Shown here: piece by piece, positions 53,601 to 64,000 of the stretch
How the letters are laid out: each line of letters begins with the position of its first letter
Position numbering within the stretch: position 1 is the first letter of the stretch
Assembly (NCBI GenBank): GCA_000182565.2
Contig: KQ257468.1
Length of the DNA: 64,000 nt
DNA from: Spizellomyces punctatus DAOM BR117
Taxonomy: Eukaryota
Reading direction: 5' to 3' (one strand)
Program-made: the position numbers and the translations under genes
The notes under the pieces: generated by a model
What the model was told of the DNA's origin: nothing
Database searches by the model: none
Seen by the model: only the letters and a program-made list of their open reading frames with translations

Positions 53601-54327
53601 ATCGTGGCTCATTCTCCCTGTTCAGCGGTTACCCCGGTACAAACTCTTGATTGACGCCTTGTTGAACGCGACCCCGCCTACGCATCCAGATTTTGCGGCA
53701 TGTCAAGAGGCTGCGTCACTTTTATCCAGAATGGTCCGGGAATGCAATGAATCTAAACGGGAATTTGAAGCCCTCGAAGGGGGATTAGGTGTCCTTTCTC
53801 GACTTCGGGTCAAGAAATTCAGCGTAGGAAACTTGGAAGTCAGTTGTAAGGACGCCAAGATGATGTGGGGGGGTACACTCCGAGTCCTCAAGTATGTGTG
53901 TAAGCCCACGGATTCATTGGACTTTATCACTGTGGTTGGAAAACGGAAAGTTTTTCCCGAACGGATTGGATCTCTTATGGAGATGCGAGTCAATAAACGT
54001 CGGAAGAAGCCAAAACAAGATTCCGATCGCATTCTTACATTGTTGGCTGAACACGGTCTCATTTCCACTACCCACGGCCAAGACTTTTCGTTTCACGTTA
54101 TTGGGTCCCGCTTCTTTTGGTGTCGGGCTCATAAAGACGATACTGATCTCGACCTTGTTAAGTCAGTTGATGTGGATCGAATTTGGTGTGGAATGGTGTT
54201 CGCAGAGGGCGGTGTGGGGTGTGTGAGGGTGTGGGATGAGGGTGGTGTGGTGTATTTGGCTGGGAAGGATGTAAAGGCATTTGTGAAGGCTTTAGAGGGG
54301 GCTGGGGCGGCAGTGGGCGGGAGGTAA
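50699..54327 (+). CDS. N-terminal TM + leucine-rich repeats + RhoGEF (DH) + PH-like protein
   Basis: Exons 50699-51293, 51361-52185, 52258-52656, 52713-53220, 53286-54327 are in frame. LRRs LTRLIVNHNRL, LRVLDVSDNAL, LREVYLSGNGI, LRFLDISFNRL; DH motifs RRQIANEILSTERTYVKEL and LILPVQRLPRYKLL. Confidence 0.88.
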
Positions 54328-54459
54328 ATGTAGTATATATCATTTCTTCAGTTTTTATTTTTCTCATTATATGTGTTCATTTCATTTTTTCTTTATATTT
54401 TGTGTATGTGAAATTGCGTTTGTGATAATGCCAACCGACAACTAACAAGTATGATAATA

Positions 54460-56734
54460 CTAAAGTATGACCCAGACCGACAGAACGACCACGAGAACCG
54501 CAACACCCACGCTGGTCCATACTTGAGCTGTAGCAAGGGCATATCAGTACATAGTGTCACTCACAAACGCAAATGAGCGGAACGTACTATTAAACACGCC
54601 AAAAGCCCCGCTCTTGGCAGCCGTCCCACTTCCGGGCGTCGACGAACTCCCAGTCGCACCGGTCTGCCCTCCTGGAGCCGTCGTCGTCCCCGGTGCACAC
54701 GGCTGGCACGTATGATAGCAATCCCCGGCAGGATACGTTGGCTGTTTCGTCGCATTGGGATGTTTCCATCCCAAATCCAACTCACAATCCGACGCCGTCT
54801 TGAATTTGCTTGGTCCGTAAAGAGAAACAAGACCTGCCAACGCACCCGTAAAGGCTGCATTGTAGTCTTGAGTAACTTCAGTGTATTCATAGTTTTGACG
54901 GTTATCTACGTAAGCATCCGTTGCTTCGGGTCCGCCTACAAGTGCACCGTAGAGGATGAAGCGGTTCGGCGTTGTCGAGGTGAGAAAATCATCGCCGATT
55001 ACATTATTACTTTGTCCACGCTGTTTGAGGGTGAGTAGCGTTCATGATGAGAAACAAACGACATATGGGGACATACCATGGGATAATCAATGTAGGCATT
55101 GTAACTGCCCTTGTGGTAGGGTAGCTTGGGATAGTTTTCGCCAAATCCGGGGATCCATGACCGTCCGCAATCGCCCAATATGTAATTTATCTGTTGGACT
55201 GCAAAGTTCCGTAACTGGGTTACAAAGGCTTGATCACCCGCATTCTTTTCCAGAAAGTCTGCGTGCACGAGAGCAATGAATGCGACATTGGTTGCATAAC
55301 GGAGGGCACCCCATTGCATGTAAAACACGAGCCCGCGAGGTGTGCGCTTGACTTTACCACCTGGTAGCCAGGCGGTGAAAAACGTACGGATGGTAGTAGC
55401 AAGGGCTGCGTCCTTTGTTAGCTTGTGCAGGAGAATAGCAGCCGCAATGCCCTTGTCGGACCACGAGTATTCGCTGTAGCCATCAATTTTGGCGAGGTGT
55501 TGTTGGGACTGGGTCAAGTAGGTTGCATCGTTGGTCGCTAGATGAAGAAGAACGGAGGCCAGGGAGAGTTCATCGTAGTAGCCGTAGGAGGGATACCATT
55601 GTTTGTAGTTTGCCCACCCAAAATCTGCGGAGTGGGAGATACGGTGAATTATTTTGTGATGGAAAAGCATAATGTGCCATCAGATGGCGTTATTAGGACT
55701 CTGGTCGGATGACCGCCCTCACTCCTTGTAAGAAAGTTGACATCTGGCGAAAGCCATACAAAGGTGACAGGCAGGAGTGCGTCACACGGCGATGGCTTCC
55801 CTTTTTGTTGGCTCATCCATCTCTGGGCCTGCTCTTTCACTCACTTACCATCAAAGACGCTTGCGTTGTAACTATTGAGATACCTCATAGCAAAGTCGTA
55901 AATCGTCTTTGCCATTTCCAGACATCGAGCAGCAAACGCCTCATCTACAGGTTTGAGAGCCAAGCTCGCTGCTGCCAGTGCGCTCGCATAATCGCCGGCA
56001 ATGTCCGAGCATCCCTTGTTCAATGTGGCACTCCCTTCGCAGTAAAAGGCTCTTCTCCCAAAGTTCAGGGGAACCCACTGAAGGTACTCTTCTGGAGGTC
56101 CAAAGTAACCAAAGTCAATGTCAGTTGCACCGACTGCTGATACTCCGTAGACACCGACCAAACGCTCGTGGGTTGCGTTTTTCGAATACACGTTGAGAAG
56201 GTACTCTGCACCTTGCCTGACCCAGTCTATGGATTCCTTGTATTCATTGACTTGCTTAAGGGCATCGCCGTACTCGAGAACGTTCCATGCGAGTTGGAAA
56301 GCCGTAAAACCAAACGGGCCACCCCATTTCATAGTATTTGCTGCTTCGTACCATCCGCCTGAGAGGTCTTCTCCATACTGCCCCCGGCAATCTAGACACG
56401 AGTCTGAGCGCCAAGCGAGCCGCTGATACGGCAGTTTTCCTGAACGTTGAGCCCAGTAAAAGAGATACGATTTGTGAATGACCTGTAAAATAGAAGTCAG
56501 TATTGGTACTATAAAGGTCACACATGTTGGTTATGATATTACATCAACATAATCGTATTTCGGTTGAGCTGGAGCGACATAGGTTGCTGAATCAACGATC
56601 GGACCTGGCGGAGTGATCAAGTTTATTGGGGCGGGCGTTCCACTGTCTTCCCGAGAAGTGGTTCGCTGGGCCAGCGTGCCCACCCATACAGTCGCCGCGA
56701 GGGCACAATTTGTCCAAAACTGTAATGTCGGCAT
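54460..56734 (-). CDS. Glycoside hydrolase family 9 (endoglucanase-like), secreted, with GPI-like C-terminal tail
   Basis: Signal peptide MPTLQFWTNCALAATVWVGTLA; FYWAQRSGKLP, WRSDSC, DLSGGWYEAAN, YYDELSLA, YSWSDK, WGALRYATNVAF, QQINYILGD, YLDNRQNYEYTEVTQDYNAA; tail AQVWTSVGVAVLVVVLSVWVIL*. Confidence 0.9.
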
Positions 56735-59477
56735 CCCGCGGAGTGTAAGTGGGTATTCCGAATGATACCGTTCGAATAAAACGCAGAACAAACAGCTTAA
56801 AGAGAAATTCGGGGAGCAGAAGAATACGATCTCACTATTTAAAGGTCTATATTTATGGTAACAGATTCCGATATTACAGCACCAGAAACGTGTCGCCCAC
56901 TTGCGTCTTTTGAGCGACGATCCTTTTCGCCAGCTTGCCACACCCCAAAGAGCACCCGTTTAACCTTTTGCAACCCAGCCCACGGGGTTCTTTTTGCCTG
57001 TTCGTTCCTCTCCTTGCCCATGTCTGGCATACGGTTACGCCAGCACCGGCCTTTCGAAACACGGCATTTTGTTGTTCTTTTTTGGCACACTTTTCCGCCC
57101 CATGTCACACTTTTGAAGTTTATGGCATCTGTGGCTTGAATAAGCAGCCTCAGCGCGGAAAACCTTGTCCGAAAACTACAAAACCTTAACTCACGTGCCT
57201 ACAGGGACGGTTTCAGCGCGCTTTCGGTTAATGTTTATGCTCAACGAGCGTGCTTTGTTAAATGGTTTGCAAATGGCGCCAAGCTCTTTGTCGATGGCTC
57301 TGCTCTTTTGTCTTTTCTGTCGTTGTCGATTTTTTGTCCTTTTTCCTGCTGATCGTAGCGTTGATTTCGTCTGCAGTGACGTACTTAATCCCCTTTTTCC
57401 CTTTTGGTCAGCTGCATTGGCCCGCCCATATCCTGAAAATCAAAACGGCACATGTGTTCTTTGATCGACATGTGCGGTGCCCGTGGCGACTTTTGCCTGC
57501 GCCTTTTTGTTGGGATCCAGCGCACAAAATGGAATTTGTTCGATAAGGGAAATGTAGAACAATTGGCCCTTTACATTTTTGCCCCTGGGTCAAAAAACGT
57601 TCTGTATTGGCAAAAACAGTTTGCCCAGCAACGTCCTTGCAAGTCCTGTGCACAGGAATCAGCCATTCAGGATTCGCAGAACATTGCCCTACGCGCAAAG
57701 ATTGGGCGGGATTGTTCTGTTTTGGGTTGTAGAAGGTATCAACCTTCCTAGTGTTCTGAACTGCCATAAATACAAGTATGATCTCGTCAGGGAGGCAAGT
57801 GATCCACTATTCCATCAGGACATGAAGAATGTTCCGCCCTAAGAACCGCAATGAGCAGGAACGAAACGACGCACAGGTTCAAAGAAAGGATTCCCATCCT
57901 ACGCCCATCAGGGTTTGCCGAACATTGGCCCTGCGACATTCCATCTCATGGATACAGGAAACCACATTCATTTCATTCAAGGCACGTGCCTTATTGTCCC
58001 GCCTGTCAGCCCTGGGGGGAAACCTTTGGGGGTACAACTCGTATCGAATATTTGATCGGACAAGCATAGCAGCCGGTTTGACCTCGTGTATTGTGGTTGC
58101 CCATCATTCAACTATTCAAGTAGGCCATACATCAAGCCTGGTTAACGCACGCACTGCAATGCACCTGCTATGCTTTGTCCGATCACATATTCGATACGAG
58201 TTGTAAACCCTGGGGCAATCATCTGAACAAGGAAGATCATTAGCATCGTGTCAGGTTGCTCAGCTACTTTGTGTTCTGCATGAACTTTGCGTAGACACCT
58301 TGCACCTGCAAGAGTCTAACAATAGTGACATGAGACATTTTCGCAAAAGTTGGAGCCCCAAATCCTCATCGTCACCTCCAAATCGTCGAGTCTCGTTCAT
58401 GGAACGGGGGTTTTTACACAGGATTGCCAAAGGCTCCAGAATGGTTGAAATGTCGAGACTTGAACTGATGTTGCCAAATGGCAAGTGGCTTTTTCTGTTC
58501 TCCTGGCTGCTGAGGAACCAATGCTTTGTGCGGATATCAGCTGGTTGGGCGGTGAGGAATAACAGGGCGTACTTGACTTTGTGGCTGCTACGCGACACGG
58601 GAGCCGACGTCTTCGCTAACACAATCTTGGTTCGGACTTGGGACGGGATGGTGTCCGGCTTATCACCGCGGCATTGCTTCGGGGCATAGCTGCTCAAAGC
58701 ATTCGCCACTTGTTATTTAGGATGATACAGAGAACATTCTAATCGGGTGCAAGAGAGCCCAGAATGGGCAGAACCACGAAGTCTACAAATTAATAGCACG
58801 TAAATAGATCTTGGTTTTTAAACTAAACTATACGGGAGCGATGCTCCAGTACCTGGTCTTATCTTCACTGCCCCAAATCATCTCCACATTGTGCAGCCTT
58901 TTATCGTTGTCTCACCCACACTTTTTAAAGTTAGAGCTTTTAAACTTACAGGTTTAAAGTTTTAGGTTTGGGCTCGGAAGCCAAACCTTATTTTGTGTCA
59001 CGTGTCTAACCCTGGGCAGCGCTGCCTGAATTTCATACTCTGGGCTCTTCGGCGCTGTTTACTTGGTTTTTTGCTGATATCTGCTTTTGGCTCAGCTCGT
59101 CTTGTCCTTGCGCCGTCTGTGACGTACTCGACATCTGGGTTTTGTTGGGTTGCCCACGGCCCACTCGCGTCTATTTGAAAGCACGGGCGTTTGTTTCTTT
59201 CAAAAACAAGTCGTTTGCAAATGGTCTAAAGCATTCCAGATTGCTCGTCTCTTAGCTGTCCAGTGCGCAAAATACTGCCTTAATCCAAAGCTCACTGCGT
59301 CCCATGCGGCAAATCAAGGACACTAAGGACGTTCCACGCCCCCATATAGTTACTGCAAATGTATTCATCACTCACAAAATTCCCTTTATGGGCTCTCTTA
59401 TTCGCATAATTAATCAGAAACTGAGCATGAGGAGCATATACAAGATAATTCTCAAGGATTTGTCAGGCAAAATCCTT

Positions 59478-60722
59478 TCAAGCAAAGTCTTTGCTACTTT
59501 TCAGAATGACTGGCTCCCTTGACCCCTTTTCAATATCGCCTTTGTGAAGAGGAGTCGGCGCGCCGTGGAGCGAGTACGCCCAGACGGAACTGACGACGAT
59601 TACAGCGCCAATCAAGAAATTAGGCGTAAAGGTGAAGTCACCTAGGAAAGCAGATATCATGCCACTTGCAACTATAGATATTGCTATCGCAGAGTTCTTT
59701 ACAATGTTGTCTTGCAAATCAAGAATGTTAGCCGGACCGTCGTACATGAATAGGAACAGCAGATAAACATCACATACCAGCGTACTTGATTACGTTCGCC
59801 ACAAGCAGACCGCCGACTGCATTGAGCAAAACCGCACATGTCGTTGCCCAACCGTAACCAGCAAAAAAGCCTCTCTCGTAAACCGCCGCACCATCATGTA
59901 GCATAACTCCAAATATAGCACAAAATATCGAACTGAAGATTGCCAACTGAATGTTTCGGACCCATAAGGTCGTCGCTGACTGCTTCAATACCTTCTCCAA
60001 ATAGACACCTGACAACCCTGACGTGAGACAGGTGAGAGCGACGGCACTCAAGCCGACAAATTGATCCATTGACGCTTTACTGCCGAGGGCATATTTGTGG
60101 CTTGTCACACCCATAGGCAGCTGTGTCAGAGCCATTCCAAGCGTAAGTGTCACCAGGGCAATCCACTGCTCCCATGCGAGCTTCTTATTAAGCATGATGA
60201 CAGCACACATAGCAGTTGCAAGGATACGGAGTTGCATAGTAACTTTTATAATGTGGAACATACAGATGAGCAACTTCCGTTTAGACAACGCAGCAAACTC
60301 AGCCTACCTTGATGGGTCGTTGCATCAATCAATGATAATGCAAAATAATGGAGCCAATTTTGCAATGTATAGAGTGCTGCTGGGACTGTCATCTTGATCC
60401 AAAGGGAATCTTTCCCAAATATGTCATTGGCAACGCTCTCGACGCTCGGCGATCTCTGTTGAGAGACGTGCACGGTGAACGATATAAAAAGCTTGAGAAT
60501 TTCTGCCAGCAGAACTGCTGTGGAGGCAATGGCGTGCTGTTCGGAGGACGTGCGGGACCATCGCATAACCACCACTGATACAGTGTTCTGAACAGCAAGA
60601 GCCACAAGGGCGCCGTACTTTCTGTAACCTTCAGAATATATTCAGATAAATACATACACTTTGAAACAGGCGAGTGGTAACATGAACATACCATCCGCAA
60701 TGGAGATCGTAGATTTTCTCAT
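59478..60722 (-). CDS. Nucleotide-sugar transporter, SLC35A (UDP-galactose/Gms1-like)
   Basis: Four exons: STAVLLAEILKL, VPAALYTLQN, HQVTMQLRILATA, SGLSGVYLEKVLK, LWVRNIQL, GGLLVANVIKYADNIVKNSA. Confidence 0.88.
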
Positions 60723-61392
60723 TGTAGACGTGAGGGATGAACTTGAAGAAGAGTGGGATAAGTTTTATAGTAGCAAAGAACGGGCCGTGCCAAGCGGAGA
60801 CTGTTTACCTAATAAACAATCAACTACTGGGCACGTGATCAATGCTCCAGATCAACAATCACCGCAACAAACACTGTTTCTTTGAAGGTTTTTGAAATAT
60901 ATCAGTAGATGGTTATAGGCTACATATAGTAGGAATTTTCCAAATTTCTATCTATATCCAAGTTTCAAGAAGGGAGCACTGCGATAGACTACCACGAACA
61001 CAACATGATCAGGCGCATGAAGACCAATGTGATTAATCTTGGCTTGTTCCAACGCGAAAGCCAACTGAATAGGAAACTAAAGGCTATGCAGAGCAACGGG
61101 CCAATACTTTGTATACTGCGCAAATTGAAGACTTCTGATCAATATTTTGGAAGCTACATCTACTCGACCACATCTGCACCATATATGAGACGCGATATTG
61201 AAAAAGCATGGCCATCCTTTGCCTTATATACACCTTGTTTCTGCTCTACTGATACTTCCCATTGACCTGTTGCATGTCCCTTCTTCCGACAAACCGTACT
61301 TCTTACAAGACGCAGTTGTAAGCACTCGCCACGCCAGATAAAATTCAACACTCCAATACAAGTGGTCCTTGCTGTCTCGCACAAGCTGGTCC

Positions 61393-62704
61393 TTATCGTA
61401 GATCATTCGATCGGCTAACCTTTAGTCGTTCTGGTGCCGTTGATTGTCCCATCGGCAGAAGGGACACTTTAGTGGACTTGTCTTTGATGCTACCATATAT
61501 AAGAATACCAATAAATGCAACGACCACTCCTGCCATCCGGTACACATCCATATTTTCTGCGTCTTGTCCAAAAAGAACGGTGGCTCCTGTGATTGTGAGA
61601 ATTGTTTTGAAATGACCAACTACTTGAAATGTCACTGCGCCTGGTGAATAGGTAAGGGACTGAAATTGCCACCTACATCTGCAGCAGGAAAACAAAACTT
61701 ACTGGTTTTTTTGAGCAATCCGAACCCTGTGAAATTGCTACACACCGCCAACGTGCAGGAAACAAACAATGCCCCCACAATATGGCCATTCCCCATTTTG
61801 TCGGAATCACGATTACCAGTTTCCACTGCCCCTCCACGATACATGCGCCCAAGATCCAGTCCAGCGGCAATCAGCGCGCAAGCAGTCGAGTAAGGTGCCA
61901 GCGCCGCCATAAGGTGGACGCTCGATAAGGCTTTTGCCTTTGTTCTGTTCTGCACCCATACTTGGTGCAATGATACTGACAAGACCCCAATGGTACCAAA
62001 ACACAATCCCGTGAAGTCAACCGAGAGTTCTCGAACGGATGCGATAGTAACTCCGATGATGATAATTGCGAGTGACTGAATGACAGGTTGCCGTAGGCGC
62101 ACCGAATAGAGAGAATATTGAAGAATGGCGATGGTGGGAAGGTTGAGAATTTTTAGGAGCTATTATCACAAAAAATTCGAAAATGAAAACTGATGCTTAG
62201 CGATGGAAGCCTTCGGAAAAGTTTCTGGCTTACCTGATATGCACCAACAGAGTTAGTGGCCAAACTCAAGTTCATAAAAACAATTCCTGCTGCATTCGTC
62301 CCTCCCAGCATAAGCCCATCCGTGACATCAAGAAGCGACGAGAATTTTTGACCTGTATAAAAACCCCAACAGCTTGTAATGACCCATATGGTAACCTACA
62401 AACAAAGACGTTCTGGGTGTATCAGACTCAAAAAGCAACCAATCGACCATATGGCACGTCGACAAACCTGGTGAAGCGCGGTTAAAATCAGTGGATAGTT
62501 GAAGCTCTGCATCACTGCTTTGTTTGCCAGGACAATGAGAACGGTTGACGCAATGTTACCGATCATCCATAACCCTTTCACATATGGATCGTAGCTGGCG
62601 GACACCCGCCACTTGGTGCCATTCCAGGACACTTTGTCTTCATGAGTCCGGGTGAAATCCGAGGCATTTTTGGGACCGTCGTAGTGCTTTCTCTCCTCAT
62701 TCAT
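61393..62704 (-). CDS. Nucleotide-sugar transporter, TPT/SLC35E3 (plant UXT-like) family
   Basis: Four in-frame exons: NIASTVLIVLANK...LTALH, MNLSLATNSVGAYQLLKIL, KKTSAVTFQVVGHFKT. Confidence 0.82.
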
Positions 62705-62943
62705 TGGATGTCTTGACTGTTTTGAGCATCAGATTCAACCGCGTGTTGGGACGTGTAAATAATTCAACGCGTATCACGTCAGCATCCATAGCATGGCCCA
62801 CCTTGGGCTCGCGACGCGTTTGCTATTTAAAAGCGAATCGTCTGGCGGCTTGCCTTTGGCATCAAGATAATGTTCGCCTCCGCACAAAATCGCCCACGCA
62901 TCGGTCTCTTCTTGCTGGCAGTCTTTATAGCAGTCTGCTTCTT

Positions 62944-63963
62944 ATGGTCCTGGCAGCCGCGGGGCCTTCAAATAGCACCAAATGTAAAACGAGAAACGCT
63001 GGTGCCGCGCAACCCGTCAAAGAGGTGAACTTCCCAGTAGGAGGCTTGAAAGCGAAGATATCACCGATTCTACGCCCGGACTGGTGTAACTCAAATGGAG
63101 AAAGGAGAATGGGAAAAGGAAACCTACATTAAGTGGGGAGTTCATTGTATGCATACCGTGCCATTCGTTCATATCTTGCAGTTTTCACAAGTACATTGAC
63201 TCGGAAACTGTCTTGGTGGATTTTGAACCTGGTGTGGTCCGACGGTACTGTTTGGTGCACAGCTTGCGAAAGCCACTATTGGTATTGAAGGGGATCCGGC
63301 CGCATTTGCCGAAGTATCATTCAACGTCAAGGTAAGATAAGTGATCGTACATTTCCGGAAGATGCCGCGAGAATCTCTGGTGCTCAACAAGCTGAATTTA
63401 GGCCAATGCGGAGCAAACGTGGAGCAAAAGAATTACTTTGCGCCCTTTCTGCGTGTCTGATGCGGCGGCACAAGTTCAAATGGAAAGTGACACTCCCGGA
63501 AATTCTATCTCCCATGTCGGCGCAACCCCAGATGGAAAAAACCTCAAAGGATGGACTTCACAGTGTTATCCACTGGAAACCATTCTGGAGGACGCTGGTC
63601 TCCTAATTCCGACCTCCAAGATGTTCATCAAGATTGATGTAGAAGGCTACGAATGCACAATCTTTCCGGTTTTGGAGAACGTAGGTGTCATTCTTCGAAA
63701 ATATTGCATCTATCTTGCAATTGTAGATACTGATCTACCTCAATGTGAACCAGTTTCTGTCAAGAATGGCAGTCAAACCCATAATTTACCTATCAACACA
63801 CGCTCATTTTGTGAAATGTACGGACGAGCAGTACCGCAAGATGAAGGAAATACTATCGACTTACAAGGTCTGGGGCAAGGTGTTGGGATCAGGCGCCGTA
63901 GCTCAAGGAGAATTCCTCGCGGACGGTGGGGCGATGCTGGCCACTGACACGTATCTCTTTTGA
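62944..63963 (+). pseudogene. FkbM-family (Methyltransf_21) SAM-dependent methyltransferase with two apparent frameshifts
   Basis: Pieces GEWEKETY, KYIDSETVLVDF[G]TWCGPTVLFGAQ...IEGDPAAF, FIKIDVEGYEC, KPIIYLSTH. Frame jumps near 63085 and 63225; the start codon is uncertain. Confidence 0.7.
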
Positions 63964-64000
63964 TATTGTAAAAAATATCATGGTTCAAGATTAGTTATGT

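Noticed and set aside
57100-59300. Overlapping 90-150-aa ORFs and a small hairpin near 58963-58988
   Set aside because: No motifs or consistent exon structure; treated as intergenic or decayed sequence.
1-64000. CRISPR arrays, rRNA genes, intact transposons
   Set aside because: No repeat-spacer arrays, rRNA-like sequence, or transposase/reverse-transcriptase motifs were recognised.

Overview
Intron-rich eukaryotic DNA (short GT-AG introns, mostly ~50-75 nt) from a fungus, most likely an early-diverging one such as a chytrid (inferred from gene content, not proven). Housekeeping and signalling genes: NoxR, a dual hybrid histidine kinase, INO1, RPS22/uS8, CAP/SRV2, a kinesin-4-like motor, a Munc13/Ync13-like C2-MUN protein, an LRR-RhoGEF and an F-box/ankyrin-like protein. 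Also three tRNA genes and several glycan-related genes (Cas1 O-acetyltransferase, a GH9 with an altered catalytic motif, two nucleotide-sugar transporters, a frameshifted FkbM methyltransferase). The standout is a 4-exon, ~1065-aa gene at 18082-21455 with the DUF262 (ParB-like NTPase) + DUF1524 (HNH) architecture of bacterial GmrSD/SspE anti-phage restriction enzymes. It carries spliceosomal introns, C3H zinc fingers and a basic NLS-like tail, and sits beside a tRNA-Asp gene. Just beyond is an Spd1/Dif1-type ribonucleotide-reductase inhibitor that the ORF track misses because its core motif is on a 23-nt micro-exon. Exon boundaries were derived by hand from splice motifs and frame continuity, and family calls come from remembered motifs, not database searches.
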